IMG/VR virus record: IMGVR_UViG_3300045996_002184
Length of the DNA: 64,000 nucleotides
Reading direction: 5' to 3' (one strand)
DNA from: a virus
Shown here: piece after piece, positions 15,323 to 25,728 of the stretch
How the letters are laid out: each line of letters begins with the position of its first letter
Position numbering within the stretch: position 1 is the first letter of the stretch
The notes under the pieces: generated by a model
The model's input: only the letters and a program-made list of their open reading frames with translations
What the model was told of the DNA's origin: nothing
Databases searched by the model: none
Position numbers and translations under genes: made by a program

Positions 15323-17743
15323 ATGGACACAAAGACAGTGGCCGACAAACCCCTGCAGCGGATTGCGTATTCGCAAAAGACTGAAGAGTGGTTTAAACAG
15401 AACGCCGATTACTATATCGCGCGATCTAATTTCAACTTTGGCGATGGCGCTGGACAGCGAAGGGACTTGGGCGTTTTCTACGATGTCTACAATAACAAGT
15501 TCCCGCTGGAATGGTTCAAGCACGTAACTGATCCCCTGTCCGCAGCCAAGGCAGAGAACAAATCTTTCCCGGCTAAGATCAGGCCCGTAACGATACTCCG
15601 TCCGAATATAGATCTACTGTTGGGAGAATATGCCCACCGTCCGTTCGTTTACAACGTAGAGAATTTAGGTGAGTCTGGTTTCAATAGTTACATGGAGCAA
15701 CTCTCCGGCCAGCTCAAACAGAACCTGACGCAGCACTTTATTCAGCGGGCCCTGGCTGAAATGCAGGCCGGCGGGCAGAAGCTTTCTCCTGAGCAGATGG
15801 AGCAACTCAAGGTAAATCCCCCACTGCCGGAACAGGTCAAACAGGAATTTCACCTCTCATATAAAGATGCCCTGGCTGTCAAGGGTCAAAAGTGGCTCAA
15901 GCGTACCATACGAGAGTACGGTATCAGGCCCAAATTCCGTAAAATGTTCAAGCACTGGCTCATCGCCGGTGAAGCTTATTCGTATAAGAATATCGAACAG
16001 GGAAGATTCGTCTACGAGGACATCTCTCCCATGATGCTGGACTTTGACAAGAGTTCCTCATCTGATTTCCTGGAAGATGGCGAATGGGTAGTGGCCGTTC
16101 GTGACCTCACTGTATCTGATACCGTTGACCGGTTTTATGACCGGATCTCAACCAAGGACTCAGACAGTATGGAAAAGAAGGCTGCCATGGCAAACCCAAC
16201 CGCGTTCTTTTCACTCGTCCGGGGACTTACCCTTGGTGAAACCGGGGATCACAACCAATACAAGGTACGTGTGTATCATGTGCAGTGGAAGGGTAGAAAG
16301 AAGATCGGCTTCAGGTCTTACCTGGACATGGATACCTTCCAGTACGTGGAAGATACCGTAGATGAAGACTATGTAGTGGACCGCGAGCGTGGCGAACAGG
16401 TGGAATGGAAGTGGGTCAATGAAGTGTACGAGACCTGGAGAATACATGATGATATCTATGCCGACATGCAGGCGGTACCATACCAGCGTAACCCGCTTAA
16501 TCACCACAGCTCCTGCAAATTGAATTACAACGGGCGCAAGTTCTCGGACATGCACTCGCAGAATACCTCCGTGATGGAAATGGGTCTTCCCTTCCAGATC
16601 ATGTATATCATCGTTACGTTCATCCTGGAAAAAACGATCGCTAAGTCCAAGGGTAAGATCCTGTTGATGGATGTTAACGCGATACCGGACAGCGATGATT
16701 GGGATGATGAGAAGTTCTTCTATTATTCAGAAGCCCTTGGCTACGGTATGCTGGATCGTAACCAGGCCGGGGTGGATAAGACCTGGAACCAGTACCAGGT
16801 AATTGATATGGGACTCTTTGACCAGATCAAAGAACTGATCGGGCTCCAGCAACACTTTAAGCAGGAATGGGATGATATCCTTGGTATCTCCCGGCAACGT
16901 AAAGGTCAAACCATGTCTTCCGACGGACAAGGTGTGAACGAACGTGCGGTCTTCCAGTCTACCGTCATGACTGACATGATCTTCCTGCCGTTCGAGGAAT
17001 TTACCGAGCGTGAACTCCAGGGAATAATGGACTTTGGAAAGTTCCTTACTGCATCCGGCGATCGCTCGATGTATAACGACGATGAACTAGGTACCATGCT
17101 CCTGGAGATCTTTCCGGAAGATTTCCCCAACGGTGACTTAGGGGTATTCGTTGATTCATCCAGTGATCATTTGCAGAAGCTCAAAGAAGCCAAAGGTTAC
17201 GCGCAGGCCATGCTGCAAAATGGTGTGAAGACCTCGACCATGCTGGAAGTGATCGACTCCGTAAATATCAGTGAACTGAAATCTAAACTCAAGCGTATTG
17301 AGGAAATTGAAGAGGAGATCGCTCAAGGTAACGCGGCATCTGAACAGGAAGCGCAGGCGGAACTGGAAGAGATACGCAAGATGCACGAGGAATTCAAGGT
17401 AATGCTTGAGACCCGCAAAATGCACGAGGAATACGACCGTAAGGAAGATATAGAGCACATCAGGGGATCATACAACACCTTTACTTTCCAGGACGGTGAC
17501 GCCAATGATAACGGTGTACCGGACGCCATGGAAGTGCAGAAGATGCTCAATGATAAAGAGAAGCTCGCACAAGCCTGGATTAAGATGAAGGAAGACCGGG
17601 CCGCTGAACGCCAGGAATCAGACCGTAAGGAACGCGAGTTCCAGCAATCGATAGTAGATAAGAAAAACGATTTTAAGCTCAAGCAGGAGAAGCTTAAGAT
17701 CGATCGGAAGAAAGCATCGCAGAAACCCAAATCTTCAAAATAA
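15323..17743 (+). CDS. Portal protein
   Basis: 806 aa directly after TerL; RP.IDLLLGE, DGEWVV, DILGISRQRKG motifs of crAss-like portals; coiled-coil C-terminus. Confidence 0.88.
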   Translation: MDTKTVADKPLQRIAYSQKTEEWFKQNADYYIARSNFNFGDGAGQRRDLGVFYDVYNNKFPLEWFKHVTDPLSAAKAENKSFPAKIRPVTILRPNIDLLLGEYAHRPFVYNVENLGESGFNSYMEQLSGQLKQNLTQHFIQRALAEMQAGGQKLSPEQMEQLKVNPPLPEQVKQEFHLSYKDALAVKGQKWLKRTIREYGIRPKFRKMFKHWLIAGEAYSYKNIEQGRFVYEDISPMMLDFDKSSSSDFLEDGEWVVAVRDLTVSDTVDRFYDRISTKDSDSMEKKAAMANPTAFFSLVRGLTLGETGDHNQYKVRVYHVQWKGRKKIGFRSYLDMDTFQYVEDTVDEDYVVDRERGEQVEWKWVNEVYETWRIHDDIYADMQAVPYQRNPLNHHSSCKLNYNGRKFSDMHSQNTSVMEMGLPFQIMYIIVTFILEKTIAKSKGKILLMDVNAIPDSDDWDDEKFFYYSEALGYGMLDRNQAGVDKTWNQYQVIDMGLFDQIKELIGLQQHFKQEWDDILGISRQRKGQTMSSDGQGVNERAVFQSTVMTDMIFLPFEEFTERELQGIMDFGKFLTASGDRSMYNDDELGTMLLEIFPEDFPNGDLGVFVDSSSDHLQKLKEAKGYAQAMLQNGVKTSTMLEVIDSVNISELKSKLKRIEEIEEEIAQGNAASEQEAQAELEEIRKMHEEFKVMLETRKMHEEYDRKEDIEHIRGSYNTFTFQDGDANDNGVPDAMEVQKMLNDKEKLAQAWIKMKEDRAAERQESDRKEREFQQSIVDKKNDFKLKQEKLKIDRKKASQKPKSSK

Positions 17744-17755
17744 AACAACAGTCAC

Positions 17756-18907
17756 ATGAACATTCGATTATTCCGTGACCCGCTCGCACCGGGTCCTTCG
17801 CTGGCGGATCTGGACGATCCCAATTATGTACCCAAGACAAACGACATTACTGATCCTAAGAACCAGGTCGATCCTCCGGGCGATGATAAGCCTGCTGATG
17901 ATCCAAAGGTGGAAGGCGTCAATGATGATGGTACGCTCGCAGAAGGTTACGAACGTAACGAGCTGGGAGAAGTAGTTAAGAAGCCGGATGATTCTGCTGA
18001 TGACAACCCGGATGATGATGCTGACGACGCCGGAGATGACGCTGGAGATGAGGTCAAGCCAGAAGCGTTCTTCGAAGAGGTGAATAAACTCACCGGTATC
18101 GAACTCAAAGTGGAATACCCAGAAGGTGTTGATCCACTCACGCCACAAGGTATAGCTGTAAGAGACAAGGTAGTAAGAGAACAAGCCATGCTTGACTTTG
18201 AAGAAACGATCAAGAAGGCTGATCCACGCGCGTACGCCTATATGGTACACCGCGCAGGTGGTGGAGCTGATACCGATTTTTTCGAGAAGCGTAGTGCAGG
18301 CTATGTACTCCCGTCATCTGATGAATTGAAAGATTCAGTTGATATGCAAACAGCGGTATACAAGCATGACCTGATCGCTAAGGGTAACTCCGAAGAAGAA
18401 GCAGACCTGCTCGTGAAAAACGCCATCACCAATAACAAGCTCCTGGAGAAAGCAACCGCCTCTCACAAGAGTATTGATGAGGCCCAGAAAAGTCAACTCG
18501 CACAAGCCGAAGCCCGCCAGGCAGATGAGCAAAAGAAGTTCGATACCGCAGTAAAGACGGTGACCAAGCAGATCGAAACAACGATCACTTCAGGCATTTC
18601 TTTCGTGGTACCGGAGTCAAAGCGCAACGAGTTCCAGCAGTTCGTTATCGACAAACTGCAGTATGACCAGGAGAGCGGAAAGTTCATCATGGTACAGGAA
18701 CTCGATCCTACTGATTTGAAAAAATCTATGGAAGCGATGCTTTTCCAGTTCATGGACGGTGATTTGAGCAAAGTTGTGAAGCAACAGGCAGGGAAGGAAG
18801 CAGCACATCAATTAAGGCTGCGTATAAAAAAGGACCAACAGGGTGGTGGCGGAGGCTCACAAGGCGATAGAAATAAAACCGGATACATACCTTTAGGCTC
18901 ATTATAG
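17756..18907 (+). CDS. Putative scaffolding/capsid-assembly protein
   Basis: Very acidic N-terminus and helical body; lies between portal and MCP. Confidence 0.6.
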   Translation: MNIRLFRDPLAPGPSLADLDDPNYVPKTNDITDPKNQVDPPGDDKPADDPKVEGVNDDGTLAEGYERNELGEVVKKPDDSADDNPDDDADDAGDDAGDEVKPEAFFEEVNKLTGIELKVEYPEGVDPLTPQGIAVRDKVVREQAMLDFEETIKKADPRAYAYMVHRAGGGADTDFFEKRSAGYVLPSSDELKDSVDMQTAVYKHDLIAKGNSEEEADLLVKNAITNNKLLEKATASHKSIDEAQKSQLAQAEARQADEQKKFDTAVKTVTKQIETTITSGISFVVPESKRNEFQQFVIDKLQYDQESGKFIMVQELDPTDLKKSMEAMLFQFMDGDLSKVVKQQAGKEAAHQLRLRIKKDQQGGGGGSQGDRNKTGYIPLGSL

Positions 18908-18937
18908 TTTTTCATCAACCAAAAACCCTTTTAAATC

Positions 18938-20452
18938 ATGTCAAGCACACTTTTGCCTGCTATGAAGTTCCAGGTGCAGGAGCAGATCTTCGATTCGAAG
19001 ACAATGCTCGACGAAACGAACTTCTATCACCAGCGCCAGGGAGCACCTTCAGAGTTGACAAAGAAGTTGACTTACATCCTCGGCAACTACACCAAAAATT
19101 ACCCGATCTCTACCATGACCCTCGGCGGTTCTGGCTTCGGTAACAAAGGTGGCGCCGTCGAGTTGGACGACGTTCAATTCACTTACCCGGTTATGGGCCA
19201 GGACGACAAGGTTGCCATCACGTATTCTTCTGAATACTCCGGCAGCGACAAGCCTGGTATCGGCCACGGTAAGTTCTTCATCACATTTTCTGACAACTGG
19301 ATCAAAAGGTTCTATACGATAGAATCCGAAGATGGTACCCAGGTGTACGTACACTCCGACGGTGAGCCTGTTGCGGGCGGTTTCCGTTACGAAGTACAGC
19401 TCGCCCAGTCCCAGGCTTCTGATTACTGCGCACTGGACCAGTTGGAAGCAAACGTCAAATGGTGTGAACTCTTTACCTCAGTTGCTGAATCTGAGTCTCG
19501 CTCAACCGAGTCGAAGATGGTAATGCCGGGTATGTTCAAAAACCAGATGGGCTTCATGAGAGCTGGCTTTAGCTGGGCTGGTAACTCTGCCAATAAGGTA
19601 ATGCGTATCTCCGTTCAAACCGACAAGGGCTCAACAGACGTGTGGCTTGACTACGCACTGTGGCAGTTCGAGAAGCGCTGGATGGAAGAGTGCGAGCACC
19701 TTTACTGGTACAGCCGTTATAACAGGAAGGCCGATGGTACGATCGCGCTGAAGGACATGTTGACCGGAAAGGTAATTCCTCAAGGTTCAGGTATCCTGGA
19801 GCAAATCACCAATAAGTCTACCTACTCCGCCCTTTCTTTCAACAATCTCGTCAACAAGGTAGGTGATGCACTCTTCGGCCAGGCTGATACCGGTGACATG
19901 ACCATCACGCTTATGACCGGTACCGGTGGTATCCGTGAATTCGACCGTGCTGCGCGCGAGGCTGGTATCCAGAAGATCGGGCCTTTGGGAGCTGGCGATA
20001 TCGCATCTAAGTTCGTAACCGGTACAGGTCACAACCTGGCACTCGGCGGATACTTCGATACCTTCTACCACGTAGACGGTTACACCATCAAGGTGAAGAA
20101 GAACCCGATCTTCGATCTGGGCCGCGTTGCCAAGAAGAGTCCTATCCATCCTGAGACTGGTCTTCCTTTGGAATCATACCGCATGGTATTCCTGGATGAC
20201 TCAGACGTGGACGGTTCACCTAACATCAAGCACGTAGCTCAAAAGGGCCGTAGCTTCATGGACGGTGTTGTACCGGGTCTTACGCCAATGCCTAAGTCAC
20301 TTCAGATCCTGCTGGGTCAGACCGGCGGAACTGCTTCGAAAATACTTTCTACCGTACAGGACAAGAGTGAATACACAAGGTTCAAATCAGCGGGTATCCA
20401 GATCCTGCGTGCGAACAGGTGTTTCGATCTTCAGTGTACTGCAGGTCAGTAA
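18938..20452 (+). CDS. Major capsid protein
   Basis: 504 aa; GIGH..F.I.F.DNW, LMTGTGG.REF and DLGRVAKKSPIHPETGLPLESYRMVFLD match the crAss-type MCP. Confidence 0.9.
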   Translation: MSSTLLPAMKFQVQEQIFDSKTMLDETNFYHQRQGAPSELTKKLTYILGNYTKNYPISTMTLGGSGFGNKGGAVELDDVQFTYPVMGQDDKVAITYSSEYSGSDKPGIGHGKFFITFSDNWIKRFYTIESEDGTQVYVHSDGEPVAGGFRYEVQLAQSQASDYCALDQLEANVKWCELFTSVAESESRSTESKMVMPGMFKNQMGFMRAGFSWAGNSANKVMRISVQTDKGSTDVWLDYALWQFEKRWMEECEHLYWYSRYNRKADGTIALKDMLTGKVIPQGSGILEQITNKSTYSALSFNNLVNKVGDALFGQADTGDMTITLMTGTGGIREFDRAAREAGIQKIGPLGAGDIASKFVTGTGHNLALGGYFDTFYHVDGYTIKVKKNPIFDLGRVAKKSPIHPETGLPLESYRMVFLDDSDVDGSPNIKHVAQKGRSFMDGVVPGLTPMPKSLQILLGQTGGTASKILSTVQDKSEYTRFKSAGIQILRANRCFDLQCTAGQ

Positions 20453-20495
20453 ACGAATACTGCGAGGAAAAGACTGTTGGGTGTTTTCTTCTGCC

Positions 20496-20527
20496 AAGTC
20501 CCGCTCTTGTAGCGGGATTTGTTTTTT
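20496..20527 (+). terminator. Intrinsic terminator after MCP
   Basis: TCCCGCT-cttgt-AGCGGGA followed by TTTGTTTTTT. Confidence 0.75.
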
Positions 20528-20576
20528 AGCCTATATTTGGATGGTAATTCACTCTTAACAGTCAAAACCTAAACCC

Positions 20577-21506
20577 ATGTCATCACACAAGAACTCTCAT
20601 GTAATTGAGGTATTTCGTGCAGGATCCTTCCTCGCGCGTGCTCAAGGTCCCGAGGTACAGGAACACTTTTCATCAGCAAAAATCTCTATCGGCTCTTACT
20701 GGTCCCGCCAGGGAGTAAAGATCGCAAGCGGCCTGTCGTTCGAAGAAGAAGAACTACTTCTGCCCAAGATCATTGATACACCGAAGGAAGACAAGGAATT
20801 CAGAAAAAAGCTCAGGGTATTTTACGTGGATATCGATACCAAGGTGCCAGCAGCCGGCCTCAAGCTGGAAATCGGGCTGGCAGTTGATAACTCTAAACCG
20901 GTATCAGAAGAAAACTGGCCGATAGAACTGATGGATTACCTGCGCTGGCGCCACATGCTTGGTCACCCCAAGGTTGCCAAGACAAAAGAGATCTCGGATT
21001 CCGATCCGAAAAAATGGTTTTACATCTTTGACCGTAAAGCGATCCAGGCTACAACGATTGCCCAGAATAAGGAGAAAGACGATGCACTGGCGATCTACCT
21101 CAAGCTCAAGGCTGAGAAGGAGAAGATACCGATGATGCTTACCCTCCTGAACCACGATCCAAAGGAGTACACCCCGTCCCAGCAACTGGAGAAGGTACGC
21201 GAACTGGCAGAGACAGACCCGGCTGGGTTCATTGCGGCTTACGAGCAGGAAGACCTGGAGATCCGCTTCCATATCCAGAGCATGATCAGAAACAAGGTGC
21301 TCAATCATTCCCTTTCAAAATATTACAGGACCGAGGATAAGAAACTCCTGGCAAATTCACTCGACGAACTGATCCTTTGGTTCACGACCGAGGATAATGC
21401 CAACGAGGTGAGCGCGCTTAAAGCACTGAACCAGGAAGCCATGAAAGCTCCTGTGGTAGCTGCTAAGAGAGTGACCCAGCCTTTGCCTGGTAAAACCCTT
21501 AAATAA
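20577..21506 (+). CDS. Conserved crAss-like protein following MCP ('gene 75'-like)
   Basis: Synteny; PIELMDYLRWRHMLGHPKVA motif. Confidence 0.6.
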   Translation: MSSHKNSHVIEVFRAGSFLARAQGPEVQEHFSSAKISIGSYWSRQGVKIASGLSFEEEELLLPKIIDTPKEDKEFRKKLRVFYVDIDTKVPAAGLKLEIGLAVDNSKPVSEENWPIELMDYLRWRHMLGHPKVAKTKEISDSDPKKWFYIFDRKAIQATTIAQNKEKDDALAIYLKLKAEKEKIPMMLTLLNHDPKEYTPSQQLEKVRELAETDPAGFIAAYEQEDLEIRFHIQSMIRNKVLNHSLSKYYRTEDKKLLANSLDELILWFTTEDNANEVSALKALNQEAMKAPVVAAKRVTQPLPGKTLK

Positions 21507-21512
21507 GAAACG

Positions 21513-22574
21513 ATGTCACCAAGGGACATGCACATTGAGGTCAACCAGTCGCTGCAGGTCGTGGCGGCTAACAAGACCCACAAGTTCGAACCGGAAGAGA
21601 TCGACTGGGTGCTCAATAAGCAGGTCGATCGTTTCATCCAAAGCCACATGCGCCCGAAAAGCGATGGCTCCGGGGGATTCGAACTGGACCAGATTGGAGT
21701 GGACGCACTGCGTAACCTGATCGTGACCGAGCATGAGCTTACTCCCTACATCGATAATGACCGCAGGTATAAGTGTTTCCTGCCACCGGACTACGCCTAT
21801 CTTCTAAGTGACTGGTCAAAGACGACCAATCTCTGCGACGATGAGGCGGAAACAACCGCGGCAACGCTTTATGTCAACGCGCTTCGCCAGGACTACTCCG
21901 GTAAGTCAGCTCCCAAGTATTATGAGTCACTCGACGTCGAGATAAAGGACAAGGCTGTACTGATACCGGCGAACCTGAACTACGGTCACACTTACGAGGG
22001 CTACAATGCAAAGCAGGATATTGAATTTCTGATACCGTGGATATGCATCAAGGGATCGTTCTACTGGGAAAGATTCGGACCGTACTATTACCCGGGTTAT
22101 TATATCCGGGTAGGTTCAGTCAATACCGGTAATTTCAAAGCGACGATTGATGCCAACGCATCACCCGCTCCCGCTACATCGGTATTCACCAATACGCTTT
22201 CACATACCTTGTCACTCACCCGTCACGATGGGGAAGGTACCTTCACTGAAAACAGGCTCACGCCTTCCAACAAAGTGAATGGACTAATGGGTGTACCGTA
22301 CTTCGGTACCCTGCACACATCCCCGATCAGTGAATTAAGTGGCAATGTACTCTACATTTACAGGGATGAAAGCTTCACAGTAAACGTGGCGGGCATATCC
22401 TACGTTAGGAAGCCATTTCCTATTTCTCTAAGTTTGAATTCAGGATCGGAGATCGCACCCGAGTTTCACCAAACGATCTGTGACCTGGCCGTGGAATATC
22501 TCAAGGGAAGACTGGAGAATCCGGTTGGCCAGCAACTAATCGAGCGGGACACTTCAAGGAGAGTGATACTCTGA
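21513..22574 (+). CDS. Tail ring (adaptor) protein
   Basis: MHIEVNQSLQ...FEPEEIDWVLNKQ N-terminus and SEIAPEFHQTICDLAVE C-terminus, as in crAss ring proteins. Confidence 0.6.
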   Translation: MSPRDMHIEVNQSLQVVAANKTHKFEPEEIDWVLNKQVDRFIQSHMRPKSDGSGGFELDQIGVDALRNLIVTEHELTPYIDNDRRYKCFLPPDYAYLLSDWSKTTNLCDDEAETTAATLYVNALRQDYSGKSAPKYYESLDVEIKDKAVLIPANLNYGHTYEGYNAKQDIEFLIPWICIKGSFYWERFGPYYYPGYYIRVGSVNTGNFKATIDANASPAPATSVFTNTLSHTLSLTRHDGEGTFTENRLTPSNKVNGLMGVPYFGTLHTSPISELSGNVLYIYRDESFTVNVAGISYVRKPFPISLSLNSGSEIAPEFHQTICDLAVEYLKGRLENPVGQQLIERDTSRRVIL

Positions 22575-22607
22575 TAGAAATCTTAAAAACCTTAAACCTT
22601 AAAGACA

Positions 22608-23558
22608 ATGCGCAAGAATCGCTTTTTCAAAGACACTATCGGAGTTCCCTGCGAAGCAATCGTAGCCCAGCTCTTCGATATTTCAGACTCACCTTCAGGA
22701 GCACAGGAATCTCATCAGGCGTTCGTTGAGAACGCACCAGCCGGAGCCATCGCGGCTTACTGGGATGACACCAACCTGGAAGTTGCTACCGGTGGAACCG
22801 CACTGGCAGCCAACGCCAATCGTAAATTCTTCTATGCCTGGAAAGACGCCGACGGTGAAGCTCGCAGGAGCCAGCCCATCCCGACGCGCGGCCTGACCTA
22901 CAAGCAGGTATCGTATAACGCCGGCACAGCAGACGTGTTCACGGTAACTTATGGTGGAACGATCGCTGTTAGCCAGTGGATCCATGTTCGTATCCAGGAC
23001 ACTACCGCAACCATCCTGCCTTACCCACACTGGGCTTATTCAGCGAAAGTTACATCTACCGTGGCCGCAGCCGTTACTGCCCTTGCAGCAGCAATCAATG
23101 CTGAGACTCATGACGATGCTTTCGTTACTGCCTCAGGTGATGGTACTACACTTACCGTGACTTCAGGCAACAGCCAGCGTAACATCAAAGTGACCGCTTA
23201 CATCGAGACTTCTGCTTCTGAAGATACTGATGCAAGCTCTATCACGATCACTCACACGACCAAGGCAACTGCACCGGTAGGTACACTTGCTGATGTTCAG
23301 GAGTTCGAGAAGTATTCCAACATCGGTCAGGGTGGTATCAACTACACCAACACCCAGGCTGGTACCTCAGCCGAGGAGTTCGGTCAGCTCGCTTCCAATG
23401 CAGTGAACAACTCAACGACTTCAGGCCAGTATGGTTACCTGATCGTGAGCGCTGAGAAGAGCGAGTACACGCAAGGATCTACACGTTCTTACCCTGCTAA
23501 GGCGTACGTGATCATCGCGGTTCGCAAGAACGACGTAGTACTGATGGCGGCACTGTAA
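22608..23558 (+). CDS. Structural protein, likely auxiliary capsid protein
   Basis: A/T/G-rich beta composition and synteny with crAss-like auxiliary capsid genes. Confidence 0.5.
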   Translation: MRKNRFFKDTIGVPCEAIVAQLFDISDSPSGAQESHQAFVENAPAGAIAAYWDDTNLEVATGGTALAANANRKFFYAWKDADGEARRSQPIPTRGLTYKQVSYNAGTADVFTVTYGGTIAVSQWIHVRIQDTTATILPYPHWAYSAKVTSTVAAAVTALAAAINAETHDDAFVTASGDGTTLTVTSGNSQRNIKVTAYIETSASEDTDASSITITHTTKATAPVGTLADVQEFEKYSNIGQGGINYTNTQAGTSAEEFGQLASNAVNNSTTSGQYGYLIVSAEKSEYTQGSTRSYPAKAYVIIAVRKNDVVLMAAL

Positions 23559-23583
23559 AAGAGCCTTTCAACCCTAAACCTTG

Positions 23584-23618
23584 AAAAATCCCCCGGGCGC
23601 GAGTTTCGGGGGATTTTT
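23584..23618 (+). terminator. Intrinsic terminator
   Basis: AAAAATCCCCCG/CGGGGGATTTTT stem. Confidence 0.75.
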
Positions 23619-23648
23619 GTATAACTTTACGAGTACAACCTTGAACCC

Positions 23649-24308
23649 ATGCCTTCACTAAACGAGATCACTACCGGTCTTGCTGCGCATTTTGATAAGC
23701 AGACCGATGAACCGTTTAAGCGGTTCCTTGCTCCCAAAGTAAACTTCTGGCGAAGCAAGCTGGTTGTCAATTCACTTGAAAAGCATCCTGAGCAACGTAA
23801 GTTTTTCCGACAAACGATCTGGCTTTCCATGGAAGAAGATGACCTGGTAGATTGCCCGATACCGATGACGCTTTGCCGTATCGCTTCATCCAAGTTCGAG
23901 GTACCTCGTCCCATGCGCGTGGGAGATATACTATTCGATTACGTAGGAGCGATCGATGGTAAGGTACCGTTTCGTGAAGCGGCCCCGGGCATGATCGGAT
24001 TCATGACAGAAGGAAGATATTCCAGGAACACAACCTTTTACGAATACTGGAACGACAAGATCAAGGTGAGGGCTTACAAGAGTCTTCCCAAGATACGTGT
24101 CGATGGTGTCTTCGACGATCCTATCGCTGTGATGGAATTCAATTGCCGTAACTCAGGTCAGTGTGACTGGTGGAATGAAGAGTATCCTATCACTGGCGAT
24201 ATGCTCCAGATGGTAGTACAGTATATTCTCCAGGTTGACTTCAATCGCTCGGCGATGCCAATCACTCCGGAAGTCGAGGTCAATAAAGAAACCCAAGGTC
24301 CCCAATGA
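23649..24308 (+). CDS. Tail ring protein (putative)
   Basis: Synteny; IRVDGVFDDP...EEYPI..DM motif. Confidence 0.55.
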   Translation: MPSLNEITTGLAAHFDKQTDEPFKRFLAPKVNFWRSKLVVNSLEKHPEQRKFFRQTIWLSMEEDDLVDCPIPMTLCRIASSKFEVPRPMRVGDILFDYVGAIDGKVPFREAAPGMIGFMTEGRYSRNTTFYEYWNDKIKVRAYKSLPKIRVDGVFDDPIAVMEFNCRNSGQCDWWNEEYPITGDMLQMVVQYILQVDFNRSAMPITPEVEVNKETQGPQ

Positions 24309-24916
24309 AAACAATACCGATTCATACCGTAAAACACATGTGGGAGGCTTACTCTCGTAAGATCCTGGCTGAGAACCCGGAGTTCTTTAGCCGTCGTCAC
24401 AATAAGATCAAGAACTTTTACATCTACCGTGGCCACACTGATGACCCGATACCGGTGGTCTCTTACACCAAGTTCCGCAAGATCATAGAAGATTATTTCG
24501 ATCGTGCGAAGACAGCCATCATAAAAGGTGAAGCAATCGATATGCGCGGCGGCCTGGGGAAGATATGCGCCAAAAGAGTGGAACGTGACTTCACTTCCCG
24601 CAAGCAGCGTAACATGGTTGACTGGAAGCGCACCGAGAAGTATAAGGTGTGGGACGAGGAGAAAGAGAAATTCATTTACACCAAGATAATCTATTACGCC
24701 AACGATGACTGGTCACGTATATGCTGGTTCAGGAATGGTATGGTAAAAAACGAACTGATGTACGAGTTCAAGCCTTCCGGCAATTCATCCAAAGGTATCA
24801 ACGGGTTCAGGGGAGAGTTCTCCCAAGCCCTGCGCAACGATCCTTTGCTTAAATACCGCTACCTCTATCACTCGGTCGTTCACCCATTCATAAACCCTAA
24901 AGCAATTAAAGAATGA
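24305..24916 (+). CDS. crAss-type IHF-like DNA-binding protein
   Basis: SYTKFRKIIEDYF...IIKGEAIDMRGGLGKI; basic protein; synteny. Confidence 0.55.
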   Translation: MKTIPIHTVKHMWEAYSRKILAENPEFFSRRHNKIKNFYIYRGHTDDPIPVVSYTKFRKIIEDYFDRAKTAIIKGEAIDMRGGLGKICAKRVERDFTSRKQRNMVDWKRTEKYKVWDEEKEKFIYTKIIYYANDDWSRICWFRNGMVKNELMYEFKPSGNSSKGINGFRGEFSQALRNDPLLKYRYLYHSVVHPFINPKAIKE

Positions 24917-25728
24917 TATACCAGTCTACCTCGATCAAAGAAGTGATTGCGCGGGTGATACGTAACACGCGGCTGCAGGACTCGTCCTATATCACTGACA
25001 TGGGTGAATGGATACCGGAGGCTATGGGGATCCTAAAAACAAAATGGGTACTGGTGCCCCGTTACCAGGACGTGAACATATACTTTCATAAAGGTGCGCT
25101 TCCTTGCGACCTGGATTATATTACTGCAGTTGAGTGGCAGGGTCAAAGAGTGCAGCGTATGAACGGTGCCCGTATGGCGGAGGTAGTGCGTGGACAGATC
25201 ACGTCTGACTCAGGACCGGAAGATATCTCGGTATTTGCATCTGACCCAGATACAGTGGAATCACCTAACGGTAATTTGATGTTCACATCCGACGCCGTAC
25301 CATTCTGTTCACTTACTGATACCGATTGTAACCAGCTTCCTTGCGCTACCGACCTATGGTACGATGTAGAGCTGGGTCACATTACTATGTCCTTCAAGGA
25401 TGGTATGGTTCGCGTACATTACCGTGGTCTTCCCCTGGACGAGGAAGGCTTCCCTTTGATACCGGATAACGAGGAGTATAAGCAGGCGCTGTACTGGTAT
25501 TGCCGCGCGCAGATGATCGGTGCCGGTTATAAGGATACCGTATTTTCTTACGCCCACTGCGAAGCGCAGTTCGATAAGTATGTGGCAAAGGCTAAGGGCA
25601 GGATCAAGTACCCAAGTCCTGACCAGATGCAGTCACGCATCAATACGCTCAACCGGTTGGTATTCGATGACTCGTATTTCTCACGTTTCTTTCATTCACC
25701 TAACGCAGAACCACAGTTCCCTATATGA
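24913..25728 (+). CDS. Tail tubular/ring protein
   Basis: YQSTSIKEVIARV, EWIPEAM, LPCDL, LDEEGFPLIPDNEEYKQALYWY motifs. Confidence 0.7.
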   Translation: MIYQSTSIKEVIARVIRNTRLQDSSYITDMGEWIPEAMGILKTKWVLVPRYQDVNIYFHKGALPCDLDYITAVEWQGQRVQRMNGARMAEVVRGQITSDSGPEDISVFASDPDTVESPNGNLMFTSDAVPFCSLTDTDCNQLPCATDLWYDVELGHITMSFKDGMVRVHYRGLPLDEEGFPLIPDNEEYKQALYWYCRAQMIGAGYKDTVFSYAHCEAQFDKYVAKAKGRIKYPSPDQMQSRINTLNRLVFDDSYFSRFFHSPNAEPQFPI